64,000 bases of DNA from Escherichia coli (GTDB taxonomy: Bacteria > Pseudomonadota > Gammaproteobacteria > Enterobacterales > Enterobacteriaceae), in the NCBI RefSeq assembly GCF_022846255.1, contig NZ_AP025682.1, one strand, 5' to 3'. The notes under the pieces are model-generated. The model was not told the DNA's origin. It saw only the letters and a list, made by a program, of their open reading frames with translations, and did no database searches. A program made the position numbers and the translations under genes. This document shows positions 10,277 through 20,730 of this stretch, one piece after another (positions within the stretch are counted from its first letter, which is position 1; each line of letters starts with the position of its first letter).

Positions 10277-11080
10277 ATGTTCGATAAACATACCCACACC
10301 CTGATCGCCCAGCGTCTGGATCAGGCAGAAAAACAGCGCGAACAGATCCGCGCGATCTCCCTGGATTACCCGGAGATCACCATCGAAGACGCTTACGCGG
10401 TGCAGCGCGAATGGGTTCGCCTGAAAATCGCCGAAGGCCGTACGCTGAAAGGCCACAAAATCGGACTGACCTCGAAAGCGATGCAGGCCAGCTCACAAAT
10501 CAGCGAACCAGATTACGGTGCACTGCTGGACGACATGTTCTTCCACGACGGCAGCGATATCCCGACCGATCGCTTTATCGTGCCGCGCATTGAAGTGGAG
10601 CTGGCTTTCGTGCTGGCAAAACCGCTGCGTGGGCCAAACTGCACGCTGTTCGACGTCTACAACGCCACGGACTATGTGATCCCGGCGCTGGAGCTGATCG
10701 ACGCTCGCTGCCACAACATCGATCCGGAAACCCAGCGCCCGCGTAAAGTGTTCGACACCATTTCTGATAACGCCGCCAATGCCGGGGTGATCCTCGGTGG
10801 TCGTCCCATTAAGCCCGATGAGTTGGATCTACGTTGGATCTCCGCCCTGATGTATCGCAATGGCGTGATTGAAGAAACCGGCGTCGCCGCTGGCGTGCTG
10901 AATCACCCGGCAAACGGCGTGGCCTGGCTGGCGAACAAACTCGCACCGTATGACGTACAACTGGAAGCCGGGCAAATCATTCTCGGTGGTTCGTTCACCC
11001 GCCCGGTTCCGGCGCGTAAGGGCGACACCTTCCACGTCGATTACGGCAACATGGGCTCCATTAGCTGCCGCTTTGTTTAA
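10277..11080 (+). CDS. hpaH: 2-oxo-hept-4-ene-1,7-dioate hydratase
   Basis: About 267 aa from MFDKHTHT; hydratase of the hpa pathway by position and size. Confidence 0.85.
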
Positions 11081-11090
11081 GGAGAGAACG

Positions 11091-11879
11091 ATGGAAAACA
11101 GTTTTAAAGCGGCGCTGAAAGCAGGCCGCCCGCAGATCGGATTATGGCTGGGGCTAAGTAGCAGCTACAGCGCAGAGTTACTGGCCGGAGCAGGATTCGA
11201 CTGGTTATTGATCGACGGTGAGCACGCGCCGAACAACGTGCAAACCGTGCTCACCCAGCTACAGGCGATTGCGCCCTACCCCAGCCAGCCGGTAGTGCGC
11301 CCATCCTGGAACGATCCGGTGCAAATCAAACAACTGCTGGATGTCGGTACACAAACCTTACTGGTGCCGATGGTACAAAACGCCGACGAAGCCCGTGAAG
11401 CGGTACGCGCCACCCGTTATCCCCCCGCCGGTATTCGTGGTGTGGGCAGTGCGCTGGCCCGCGCCTCGCGCTGGAACCGTATTCCGGATTACCTGCAAAA
11501 AGCCAACGATCAAATGTGCGTGCTGGTGCAGATCGAAACTCGTGAGGCAATGAAGAACCTACCGCAGATTCTGGACGTGGAAGGGGTAGACGGCGTGTTT
11601 ATCGGCCCGGCGGATCTGAGCGCCGATATGGGTTATGCCGGTAATCCGCAGCACCCGGAAGTGCAGGCCGCCATTGAACAGGCGATCGTGCAGATCCGTG
11701 AAGCGGGCAAAGCTCCGGGGATCCTGATCGCCAATGAGCAACTGGCAAAACGCTACCTGGAACTGGGCGCGCTATTTGTCGCCGTCGGCGTTGACACCAC
11801 CCTGCTCGCCCGCGCCGCCGAAGCGCTGGCAGCACGGTTTGGTGCTCAGGCCACCGCCGTGAAGCCCGGCGTGTATTAA
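11091..11879 (+). CDS. hpaI: 4-hydroxy-2-oxo-heptane-1,7-dioate aldolase (HpcH/HpaI aldolase family)
   Basis: 262 aa from [19 protein letters not shown] with GGAGAG RBS; class II aldolase family pattern. Confidence 0.85.
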
Positions 11880-11952
11880 TGCCGGATGCGCTTATCCGGT
11901 TTACAGCAGTACCAAATTGTAGCCGGATAAGGCGTTTGTGCTGCATCCGCCA
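11880..11952. repeat. REP element cluster (BIME-like) downstream of hpaI
   Basis: GCCGGATGCGCTTATCCGG and TAGCCGGATAAGGCG...GCATCCGCC palindromic units typical of REP sequences. Confidence 0.5.
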
Positions 11953-11996
11953 TAAACCTTGTCGTACCCTACAAAAATCCCATTAGAGGAAGAAAA

Positions 11997-13373
11997 ATGA
12001 GCGACACCTCACCTGCCATACCGGAGAGTATCGATCCGGCGAATCAGCATAAAGCGCTGACTGCCGGACAACAGGCGGTTATTAAGAAGTTGTTTCGCCG
12101 CCTGATCGTCTTTCTGTTCGTGCTGTTTATCTTCTCGTTCCTTGATCGCATCAACATTGGTTTTGCTGGACTAACGATGGGACGCGACCTCGGTCTGAGC
12201 GCCACCATGTTTGGCCTCGCTACCACCCTGTTCTACGCCGCTTATGTCATCTTCGGCATTCCCAGCAACATTATGCTGAGTATTGTCGGTGCGCGGCGCT
12301 GGATCGCCACCATCATGGTGCTCTGGGGCATCGCCTCTACGGCCACCATGTTTGCCACTGGCCCCACCAGCTTATACGTACTGCGTATACTGGTTGGCAT
12401 TACCGAAGCCGGCTTTCTGCCTGGTATTCTGCTGTATTTAACCTTCTGGTTTCCGGCCTATTTCCGCGCCCGTGCCAACGCCTTGTTTATGGTAGCAATG
12501 CCGGTAACGACAGCGCTGGGATCTATCGTTTCCGGCTACATTTTGTCGCTGGATGGCGTAATGGCATTAAAAGGCTGGCAGTGGCTGTTTTTGCTGGAAG
12601 GCTTCCCGTCGGTATTACTCGGCGTCATGGTGTGGTTCTGGCTTGATGACTCACCGGACAAAGCTAAGTGGCTGACGAAAGAAGACAAAAAATGCCTGCA
12701 AGAGATGATGGATAACGATCGTCTGACGCTGGTTCAGCCAGAGGGAGCCATCAGTCACCACGCCATGCAACAACGCAGCATGTGGCGGGAGATCTTCACT
12801 CCGGTGGTGATGATGTATACCCTGGCGTATTTCTGCCTGACCAACACACTTAGTGCAATCAGCATCTGGACACCGCAGATCCTGCAAAGCTTTAATCAGG
12901 GTAGCAGTAATATCACCATCGGCCTGCTGGCCGCCGTACCGCAGATTTGTACCATTCTCGGGATGATCTACTGGAGCCGTCACTCAGATCGCCGCCAGGA
13001 ACGAAGGCATCACACCGCCCTTCCTTATTTGTTCGCTGCCGCTGGTTGGTTACTGGCTTCGGCAACTGATCACAACATGATCCAGATGCTGGGGATCATT
13101 ATGGCTTCGACCGGATCATTCAGCGCAATGGCGATTTTCTGGACAACACCGGATCAGTCCATCAGCCTGCGGGCACGAGCGATCGGTATTGCGGTGATCA
13201 ACGCCACTGGCAACATTGGTTCAGCGTTAAGTCCGTTTATGATCGGCTGGTTGAAAGATCTGACCGGCAGCTTTAACAGTGGATTGTGGTTTGTTGCCGC
13301 GCTGCTGGTGATTGGTGCGGGGATTATCTGGGCAATTCCAATGCAGTCCTCCCGTCCGCGAGCGACCCCGTAA
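11997..13373 (+). CDS. hpaX: 4-hydroxyphenylacetate permease (MFS transporter)
   Basis: 458 aa 12-TM MFS-like protein located between hpaI and hpaA as in the described hpa cluster. Confidence 0.85.
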   Translation: MSDTSPAIPESIDPANQHKALTAGQQAVIKKLFRRLIVFLFVLFIFSFLDRINIGFAGLTMGRDLGLSATMFGLATTLFYAAYVIFGIPSNIMLSIVGARRWIATIMVLWGIASTATMFATGPTSLYVLRILVGITEAGFLPGILLYLTFWFPAYFRARANALFMVAMPVTTALGSIVSGYILSLDGVMALKGWQWLFLLEGFPSVLLGVMVWFWLDDSPDKAKWLTKEDKKCLQEMMDNDRLTLVQPEGAISHHAMQQRSMWREIFTPVVMMYTLAYFCLTNTLSAISIWTPQILQSFNQGSSNITIGLLAAVPQICTILGMIYWSRHSDRRQERRHHTALPYLFAAAGWLLASATDHNMIQMLGIIMASTGSFSAMAIFWTTPDQSISLRARAIGIAVINATGNIGSALSPFMIGWLKDLTGSFNSGLWFVAALLVIGAGIIWAIPMQSSRPRATP

Positions 13374-13382
13374 GGAACGACG

Positions 13383-14273
13383 ATGTGCGATAGTCAGATT
13401 GCCAATATTGATATCAGCAAAGAGTACGATGAAAGCCTGGGCACGGACGATGTGCATTATCAGTCCTTCGCCCGCATGGCGGCCTTTTTTGGCCGCCATA
13501 TGCTGCCACATCGCCACGAACAGTACTTTCAGATGCATTTCCTCAATAGCGGACAGATTGAGCTACAGCTTGACGATCATCGCTACTCGGTGGAAGCGCC
13601 CCTGTTTGTCCTGACGCCGCCGTCAGTACCTCATGCGTTTATTACGGAGTCTGACGCCGACGGTCATGTGTTGACGGTACGGGAAGATCTGATCTGGCCC
13701 CTGCTGGAAGTTCTTTATCCGGGCACTCGGGAAACCTTCGGCCTGCCGGGGATTTGCCTGTCACTGGCAGATAAACCCGACGAACTGGCAGCGCTGGAAC
13801 ACTATTGGCAACTGATAGAGCGGGAATCGGTAGAACAACTGCCTGGACGGGAACACACCCTGACGCTACTAGCACAGGCAGTATTCACCCTACTGCTGCG
13901 TAATGCAAAACTCGACGACCATGCCGCCAGCGGGATGCGCGGAGAATTAAAACTGTTCCAGCGTTTTAATATGCTGATTGAAAGCCATTTTCATCAGCAC
14001 TGGACGGTACCGGATTACGCTAACGAACTGCATATCACCGAATCACGACTCACCGACATCTGCCGCCGCTTTGCCAACCGTCCGCCAAAACGGTTGATTT
14101 TCGACAGGCAGCTACGAGAAGCCAAGCGGCTGCTGCTGTTTTCTGATAACGCCGTGAACAATATTGCCTGGCAACTCGGTTTTAAGGATCCGGCTTATTT
14201 TGCGCGCTTTTTTAATCGCTTAGTCGGTTGCTCGCCCAGTGCTTATCGCGCCAAAAAAGTACCTGTGACGTGA
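13383..14273 (+). CDS. hpaA: AraC/XylS-family activator of hpaBC
   Basis: 296 aa; C-terminal AraC-type HTH region; immediately upstream of hpaBC. Confidence 0.85.
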   Translation: MCDSQIANIDISKEYDESLGTDDVHYQSFARMAAFFGRHMLPHRHEQYFQMHFLNSGQIELQLDDHRYSVEAPLFVLTPPSVPHAFITESDADGHVLTVREDLIWPLLEVLYPGTRETFGLPGICLSLADKPDELAALEHYWQLIERESVEQLPGREHTLTLLAQAVFTLLLRNAKLDDHAASGMRGELKLFQRFNMLIESHFHQHWTVPDYANELHITESRLTDICRRFANRPPKRLIFDRQLREAKRLLLFSDNAVNNIAWQLGFKDPAYFARFFNRLVGCSPSAYRAKKVPVT

Positions 14274-14523
14274 AAATCCCTTAGCCTTAACGGGAAACCA
14301 GGCACCACCTGCTATTCCCCTTTCTCCGCCTGGAGCAAGGGGATTTAGTAACGTTAAAAATCGCGAAAAGCGACCTCGATCACAAAACCGTACCCGACCT
14401 GAAAAGTACCAGCCATTGTCCCAAAAGTGTCTTCCCGTAATCGCCCCTGCAAGCTTCAATTGAATAACAAAAACAACACACAAAATTAACAATCATATTC
14501 CGATTAATACTGTAGAGGTCGAT

Positions 14524-16086
14524 ATGAAACCAGAAGATTTCCGCGCCAGTACCCAACGTCCGTTCACCGGGGAAGAGTATCTGAAAAGCCTGCAGGATGG
14601 TCGCGAGATCTATATCTATGGCGAGCGAGTGAAAGACGTCACCACTCATCCGGCATTTCGTAATGCGGCAGCGTCTGTTGCCCAACTGTACGACGCGCTG
14701 CACAAACCGGAGATGCAGGACTCTCTGTGTTGGAACACCGACACCGGCAGCGGCGGCTATACCCATAAATTCTTCCGCGTGGCGAAAAGTGCCGACGACC
14801 TGCGCCAGCAACGCGACGCCATCGCTGAATGGTCACGCCTGAGCTATGGCTGGATGGGCCGTACCCCAGACTACAAAGCCGCTTTCGGTTGCGCACTGGG
14901 CGCAAATCCGGGCTTTTACGGTCAGTTCGAGCAGAACGCCCGTAACTGGTACACCCGTATTCAGGAAACTGGCCTCTACTTTAACCACGCGATTGTTAAC
15001 CCACCGATTGATCGTCATTTGCCGACCGATAAAGTGAAAGACGTTTACATCAAGCTGGAAAAAGAGACTGACGCCGGGATTATCGTCAGCGGTGCGAAAG
15101 TGGTTGCCACCAACTCGGCGCTGACTCACTACAACATGATTGGCTTCGGCTCGGCACAAGTGATGGGCGAAAACCCGGACTTCGCACTGATGTTCGTTGC
15201 GCCAATGGATGCCGATGGCGTGAAATTAATCTCCCGCGCCTCTTATGAGATGGTCGCGGGTGCTACCGGCTCGCCATACGACTACCCGCTCTCCAGCCGC
15301 TTCGATGAGAACGATGCGATCCTGGTGATGGATAACGTACTGATCCCGTGGGAAAACGTGTTGATCTACCGCGATTTCGATCGCTGCCGTCGCTGGACGA
15401 TGGAAGGCGGTTTCGCCCGTATGTATCCGCTGCAAGCCTGTGTGCGCCTGGCAGTGAAATTAGACTTCATTACGGCACTGCTGAAAAAATCACTCGAATG
15501 TACCGGCACCCTGGAGTTCCGTGGCGTGCAGGCCGATCTCGGTGAAGTGGTGGCGTGGCGCAACACCTTCTGGGCATTGAGTGACTCGATGTGTTCAGAA
15601 GCAACGCCGTGGGTCAACGGGGCTTATTTACCGGATCATGCCGCACTGCAAACCTATCGCGTACTGGCACCAATGGCCTACGCGAAGATCAAAAACATTA
15701 TCGAACGCAACGTTACCAGTGGCCTGATCTATCTCCCTTCCAGTGCCCGTGACCTGAACAATCCGCAGATCGACCAGTATCTGGCGAAGTATGTGCGCGG
15801 TTCGAACGGTATGGATCACGTCCAGCGCATCAAGATCCTCAAACTGATGTGGGATGCTATTGGCAGCGAATTTGGTGGTCGTCACGAGCTGTATGAAATC
15901 AACTACTCCGGTAGCCAGGATGAGATTCGCCTGCAGTGTCTGCGTCAGGCACAAAGCTCCGGCAATATGGACAAGATGATGGCGATGGTTGATCGCTGCC
16001 TGTCGGAATACGACCAGAACGGCTGGACTGTGCCGCACCTGCACAACAACGACGATATCAACATGCTGGATAAGCTGCTGAAATAA
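14524..16086 (+). CDS. hpaB: 4-hydroxyphenylacetate 3-monooxygenase, oxygenase component
   Basis: 520 aa; matches the two-component flavin-dependent HpaB family in size and operon context. Confidence 0.9.
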   Translation: MKPEDFRASTQRPFTGEEYLKSLQDGREIYIYGERVKDVTTHPAFRNAAASVAQLYDALHKPEMQDSLCWNTDTGSGGYTHKFFRVAKSADDLRQQRDAIAEWSRLSYGWMGRTPDYKAAFGCALGANPGFYGQFEQNARNWYTRIQETGLYFNHAIVNPPIDRHLPTDKVKDVYIKLEKETDAGIIVSGAKVVATNSALTHYNMIGFGSAQVMGENPDFALMFVAPMDADGVKLISRASYEMVAGATGSPYDYPLSSRFDENDAILVMDNVLIPWENVLIYRDFDRCRRWTMEGGFARMYPLQACVRLAVKLDFITALLKKSLECTGTLEFRGVQADLGEVVAWRNTFWALSDSMCSEATPWVNGAYLPDHAALQTYRVLAPMAYAKIKNIIERNVTSGLIYLPSSARDLNNPQIDQYLAKYVRGSNGMDHVQRIKILKLMWDAIGSEFGGRHELYEINYSGSQDEIRLQCLRQAQSSGNMDKMMAMVDRCLSEYDQNGWTVPHLHNNDDINMLDKLLK

Positions 16087-16103
16087 CGCAGCAGGAGGTT
16101 AAG

Positions 16104-16616
16104 ATGCAATTAGATGAACAACGCCTGCGCTTTCGTGACGCAATGGCCAGCCTGTCGGCAGCGGTAAATATTATCACCACCGAGGGCGACGCCGGGCAAT
16201 GCGGGATTACGGCAACGGCTGTCTGCTCGGTCACGGATACACCACCGTCGCTGATGGTGTGCATTAACGCCAACAGTGCGATGAACCCGGTTTTTCAGGG
16301 CAACGGTAAGTTGTGCGTCAACGTCCTCAACCATGAGCAGGAACTGATGGCACGCCACTTCGCGGGCATGACAGGCATGGCGATGGAAGAGCGTTTTAGC
16401 CTCTCATGCTGGCAAAAAGGTCCGCTGGCGCAGCCGGTGCTGAAAGGTTCGCTGGCCAGTCTTGAAGGTGAGATCCGCGATGTGCAGGCGATTGGCACAC
16501 ATCTGGTGTATCTGGTGGAGATTAAAAACATCATCCTCAGTGCAGAAGGTCACGGACTTATCTACTTTAAACGCCGTTTCCATCCGGTGATGCTGGAAAT
16601 GGAAGCTGCGATTTAA
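16104..16616 (+). CDS. hpaC: 4-hydroxyphenylacetate 3-monooxygenase, flavin reductase component
   Basis: 170 aa flavin reductase-like protein directly downstream of hpaB with AGGAGG RBS. Confidence 0.9.
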   Translation: MQLDEQRLRFRDAMASLSAAVNIITTEGDAGQCGITATAVCSVTDTPPSLMVCINANSAMNPVFQGNGKLCVNVLNHEQELMARHFAGMTGMAMEERFSLSCWQKGPLAQPVLKGSLASLEGEIRDVQAIGTHLVYLVEIKNIILSAEGHGLIYFKRRFHPVMLEMEAAI

Positions 16617-16622
16617 GCTCCA

Positions 16623-16658
16623 GCCCCTTCACGTATTCGTCGAAGGGGCATTTTTATT
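16623..16658 (+). terminator. Rho-independent terminator after hpaC
   Basis: GCCCCTTC...GAAGGGGC stem followed by ATTTTTATT run. Confidence 0.6.
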
Positions 16659-16701
16659 GTGATCTCAATCACATATCCACCCGATGAATAATTCTTGCCC
16701 A

Positions 16702-16750
16702 ACCGCTCACCGCCATTCCTGACCGCTTACATCCCTAAAATAACCACTCA
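16702..16750 (+). promoter_or_regulatory. Three direct repeats ACC(G/A)CT(C/T)A spaced about 21 bp upstream of btsT (LytTR-type BtsR/YehT binding motif)
   Basis: ACCGCTCA (16702), ACCGCTTA (16722), ACCACTCA (16743); matches the described YehT/BtsR recognition motif of direct repeats with 13-bp spacer. Confidence 0.55.
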
Positions 16751-16885
16751 GTTATTTACCTTACTTTACGCGCGCGTAACTCTGGCAACATCACTGCAGG
16801 ATAGCGGTCAATTTACCTCCTCAAACGCAACGCAAACCTAGAACGGCTTCGGCCAACTATTAATCAATACATGCCAGGTTTTACT

Positions 16886-19036
16886 ATGGATACTAAAAAG
16901 ATATTCAAGCACATACCCTGGGTGATTCTTGGAATCATCGGTGCATTCTGCCTAGCGGTAGTTGCATTACGTCGGGGGGAGCACGTCAGTGCCCTGTGGA
17001 TCGTGGTCGCCTCTGTGTCAGTGTATCTGGTGGCTTATCGCTACTACAGTCTGTACATCGCCCAGAAGGTAATGAAACTCGACCCCACGCGCGCGACGCC
17101 TGCGGTTATTAACAACGACGGTCTGAACTATGTTCCGACCAACCGTTACGTGTTGTTTGGTCACCACTTCGCCGCTATCGCCGGTGCTGGTCCGCTGGTT
17201 GGTCCGGTTCTCGCCGCGCAGATGGGCTACCTGCCAGGTACGCTGTGGCTGCTGGCGGGGGTAGTGCTGGCCGGTGCGGTACAGGACTTTATGGTGCTGT
17301 TTATCTCCTCTCGCCGTAATGGCGCATCTCTTGGTGAGATGATCAAAGAAGAGATGGGGCCAGTACCGGGGACTATCGCGCTGTTTGGCTGTTTCTTAAT
17401 CATGATCATCATCCTCGCCGTCCTGGCGCTGATTGTGGTTAAAGCCCTGGCCGAAAGTCCGTGGGGTGTCTTCACCGTTTGCTCAACCGTACCGATTGCG
17501 CTGTTTATGGGTATCTACATGCGCTTTATTCGTCCGGGGCGTGTGGGTGAAGTCTCTGTCATTGGTATCGTGCTGCTGGTTGCCTCTATCTACTTCGGTG
17601 GCGTGATTGCTCACGATCCGTACTGGGGTCCGGCACTGACCTTTAAAGACACCACCATTACCTTCGCGCTGATTGGCTATGCGTTTGTTTCCGCACTGCT
17701 GCCAGTGTGGCTGATCCTCGCACCACGCGACTATCTGGCAACCTTCCTGAAAATCGGCGTTATCGTCGGCCTGGCGCTGGGTATCGTGGTGCTGAACCCG
17801 GAACTGAAAATGCCTGCGATGACCCAGTACATTGACGGTACTGGCCCGCTGTGGAAAGGCGCTCTGTTCCCGTTCCTGTTCATCACCATCGCCTGTGGTG
17901 CGGTATCTGGCTTCCACGCGCTGATCTCTTCCGGTACGACGCCGAAACTGCTGGCTAACGAAACCGACGCGCGTTTCATTGGCTACGGCGCAATGCTGAT
18001 GGAGTCCTTCGTGGCGATTATGGCGCTGGTTGCTGCGTCCATCATCGAACCGGGTCTTTACTTCGCGATGAATACCCCGCCTGCGGGCCTTGGCATCACC
18101 ATGCCTAACCTGCATGAAATGGGTGGCGAGAACGCGCCGATCATCATGGCGCAGCTGAAAGACGTTACCGCACACGCGGCAGCGACTGTCAGCTCCTGGG
18201 GCTTCGTGATTTCGCCAGAGCAGATCCTGCAAACCGCGAAAGACATTGGTGAGCCTTCTGTCCTGAACCGTGCAGGTGGTGCGCCGACGCTGGCGGTAGG
18301 TATCGCTCACGTGTTCCACAAAGTGCTGCCGATGGCTGACATGGGCTTCTGGTATCACTTCGGTATTCTGTTCGAAGCCCTGTTCATCCTGACCGCGCTG
18401 GATGCGGGTACCCGTTCTGGCCGCTTTATGCTGCAAGACCTGTTGGGTAACTTCGTGCCGTTCCTGAAAAAAACCGACTCTCTGGTTGCCGGTATCATCG
18501 GTACTGCGGGCTGTGTGGGTCTGTGGGGCTACCTGCTGTATCAGGGCGTGGTCGATCCGCTGGGCGGCGTTAAGAGCCTGTGGCCGCTGTTCGGTATCTC
18601 CAACCAGATGCTGGCAGCCGTAGCGCTGGTACTGGGCACCGTTGTGCTGATTAAGATGAAGCGCACCCAATACATCTGGGTAACTGTTGTTCCGGCTGTA
18701 TGGCTGCTTATCTGCACCACCTGGGCGCTGGGCCTGAAACTGTTCAGTACCAACCCGCAGATGGAAGGCTTCTTCTACATGGCAAGCCAGTACAAAGAGA
18801 AGATTGCTAACGGTACTGACCTGACGGCGCAGCAGATTGCCAACATGAACCACATCGTTGTGAACAACTACACCAACGCAGGCCTGAGTATTCTGTTCCT
18901 GATTGTGGTGTACAGTATCATCTTCTACGGTTTCAAAACCTGGCTGAAGGTGCGTAACAGCGACAAACGTACTGACAAAGAAACTCCGTACGTTCCAATC
19001 CCGGAAGGCGGCGTGAAGATCTCTTCGCACCACTAA
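16886..19036 (+). CDS. btsT: CstA-family pyruvate/H+ symporter
   Basis: About 716 aa from MDTKKIFKHIPWVILG; polytopic CstA-like transporter; followed by yjiX-yjiA as in E. coli. Confidence 0.9.
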   Translation: MDTKKIFKHIPWVILGIIGAFCLAVVALRRGEHVSALWIVVASVSVYLVAYRYYSLYIAQKVMKLDPTRATPAVINNDGLNYVPTNRYVLFGHHFAAIAGAGPLVGPVLAAQMGYLPGTLWLLAGVVLAGAVQDFMVLFISSRRNGASLGEMIKEEMGPVPGTIALFGCFLIMIIILAVLALIVVKALAESPWGVFTVCSTVPIALFMGIYMRFIRPGRVGEVSVIGIVLLVASIYFGGVIAHDPYWGPALTFKDTTITFALIGYAFVSALLPVWLILAPRDYLATFLKIGVIVGLALGIVVLNPELKMPAMTQYIDGTGPLWKGALFPFLFITIACGAVSGFHALISSGTTPKLLANETDARFIGYGAMLMESFVAIMALVAASIIEPGLYFAMNTPPAGLGITMPNLHEMGGENAPIIMAQLKDVTAHAAATVSSWGFVISPEQILQTAKDIGEPSVLNRAGGAPTLAVGIAHVFHKVLPMADMGFWYHFGILFEALFILTALDAGTRSGRFMLQDLLGNFVPFLKKTDSLVAGIIGTAGCVGLWGYLLYQGVVDPLGGVKSLWPLFGISNQMLAAVALVLGTVVLIKMKRTQYIWVTVVPAVWLLICTTWALGLKLFSTNPQMEGFFYMASQYKEKIANGTDLTAQQIANMNHIVVNNYTNAGLSILFLIVVYSIIFYGFKTWLKVRNSDKRTDKETPYVPIPEGGVKISSHH

Positions 19037-19044
19037 CCGTGTTT

Positions 19045-19072
19045 AGCCCCGCTTCGGCGGGGCTTTGTTCTT
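19045..19072 (+). terminator. Hairpin plus T-tract after btsT (terminator/attenuator before yjiX)
   Basis: AGCCCCGC-TTCG-GCGGGGCT stem-loop followed by TTGTTCTTAT. Confidence 0.45.
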
Positions 19073-19085
19073 ATCAGAGTGAACT

Positions 19086-19289
19086 ATGTTTGGTAACTTA
19101 GGACAGGCAAAAAAATATCTCGGCCAGGCGGCGAAGATGTTGATTGGCATTCCAGACTACGACAACTACGTCGAGCATATGAAGACCAACCATCCCGACA
19201 AGCCGTACATGAGCTATGAAGAATTCTTCCGCGAACGCCAGAACGCGCGCTACGGCGGCGATGGTAAAGGCGGTATGCGCTGTTGTTAA
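19086..19289 (+). CDS. yjiX: Small DUF466-family protein accompanying CstA-like transporters
   Basis: 67 aa; conserved partner gene immediately downstream of btsT. Confidence 0.75.
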
Positions 19290-19299
19290 TGGAGAGAGC

Positions 19300-20256
19300 A
19301 TGAACCCGATTGCAGTTACCCTACTCACCGGTTTTTTAGGCGCGGGCAAAACTACCCTGCTGCGCCATATTCTTAACGAACAACACGGCTACAAGATCGC
19401 CGTGATTGAAAACGAATTCGGCGAAGTCTCCGTTGATGATCAACTGATTGGCGACCGCGCCACGCAGATCAAAACGCTGACCAACGGCTGCATCTGCTGT
19501 TCGCGCTCCAACGAGCTGGAGGACGCACTACTCGACCTGCTGGATAATCTCGACAAGGGCAATATTCAGTTCGACCGTCTGGTCATTGAATGCACCGGCA
19601 TGGCCGATCCTGGCCCGATTATTCAGACCTTTTTCTCCCATGAGATTTTATGCCAGCGCTACCTGCTGGACGGGGTGATTGCACTGGTGGATGCGGTACA
19701 TGCCGATGAGCAGATGAACCAGTTCACCATCGCCCAGTCACAGGTTGGCTACGCCGACCGCATTCTGCTGACCAAAACCGACGTCGCAGGCGAAGCAGAA
19801 AAACTGCGTGAACGCCTGGCGCGCATCAACGCCCGTGCACCGGTCTACACGGTTACCCACGGCGATATCGACCTGGGCCTGCTATTCAACACCAACGGTT
19901 TTATGCTGGAAGAGAACGTGGTCAGCACCAAACCGCGTTTCCACTTTATCGCGGATAAACAAAACGATATTTCGTCGATTGTGGTGGAACTGGATTACCC
20001 GGTAGATATCAGCGAAGTTTCTCGGGTGATGGAAAACCTGCTGCTGGAATCGGCAGATAAACTACTGCGTTACAAAGGGATGCTGTGGATTGACGGCGAA
20101 CCTAACCGCCTGCTGTTCCAGGGCGTTCAGCGCCTCTACAGCGCCGACTGGGACCGCCCGTGGGGCGATGAAAAACCGCATAGCACGATGGTGTTTATCG
20201 GGATTCAGTTGCCAGAGGATGAGATTCGGGCAGCGTTTGCGGGGTTGAGGAAGTAA
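19300..20256 (+). CDS. yjiA: CobW/P47K-family GTPase (zinc-associated)
   Basis: 318 aa from MNPIAVTLLTGFLGAGKTTLL (P-loop) with CICC motif; ATG at 19300 in frame with the longer ORF. Confidence 0.9.
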   Translation: MNPIAVTLLTGFLGAGKTTLLRHILNEQHGYKIAVIENEFGEVSVDDQLIGDRATQIKTLTNGCICCSRSNELEDALLDLLDNLDKGNIQFDRLVIECTGMADPGPIIQTFFSHEILCQRYLLDGVIALVDAVHADEQMNQFTIAQSQVGYADRILLTKTDVAGEAEKLRERLARINARAPVYTVTHGDIDLGLLFNTNGFMLEENVVSTKPRFHFIADKQNDISSIVVELDYPVDISEVSRVMENLLLESADKLLRYKGMLWIDGEPNRLLFQGVQRLYSADWDRPWGDEKPHSTMVFIGIQLPEDEIRAAFAGLRK

Positions 20257-20267
20257 TTTTAGATGAT

Positions 20268-20285
20268 GGCCGCCATGTGGCGGCC
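20268..20285. terminator. Hairpin between convergent yjiA and DUF4415 gene (GGCCGCC-ATGT-GGCGGCC)
   Basis: 7-bp GC stem followed on plus strand by a T-rich run; sits between two convergent stop codons. Confidence 0.5.
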
Positions 20286-20289
20286 TGAA

Positions 20290-20592
20290 TTATTTTTTAT
20301 TCTGATCGCGCAGCATCGCTTCACGTAAAATTGCGTTCAGGCGAGTTTGATAGCCTTTACCTGGTCGCTTCAACCATTCCATCACATCAGAATCAATACG
20401 CACCGAGGCCTGAGTTTTCAATGGCCGATAAAACTTACCGCGTTCTGCGTTAGACCATTGCTCATCGCTGGAAGGAGGGATATCACTGTAATCAATCTCT
20501 TCGTCGGATTTATTCGCCAGCGCCTTCAGTTCGGCCTCATGCTGCACATCGAGTGTAGAGGAGGTCCCTCGTTTATGTTTAACCATGCTCAT
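20290..20592 (-). CDS. DUF4415-family protein (BrnA-like putative antitoxin / RHH-like)
   Basis: About 100 aa from MSMVKHKRG with AGAGGAG RBS; sequence SDEEIDYSDIP...VRIDSDVMEWLKRPGKGYQTRLNAILREA matches the DUF4415 pattern as recalled. Confidence 0.65.
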   Translation of the reverse strand: MSMVKHKRGTSSTLDVQHEAELKALANKSDEEIDYSDIPPSSDEQWSNAERGKFYRPLKTQASVRIDSDVMEWLKRPGKGYQTRLNAILREAMLRDQNKK

Positions 20593-20730
20593 AGCGACTC
20601 CTCTCTTTACGATCTGCTTTTCGTGCACTGATGATTCGAATGTTGGAAATAGCATCACGTTTTAGGAAAAGATAGGGAAGTTGATATGAAGGGGCTGGAT
20701 GGCAGCATTGGGACACCATCCAGCACTTAT

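Noticed and set aside
17483-19033. 516-aa minus-strand ORF antisense to btsT
   Set aside because: Arg/His/Gln-rich low-complexity translation typical of an antisense frame of a GC-rich membrane-protein gene; fully contained within the confidently assigned btsT.
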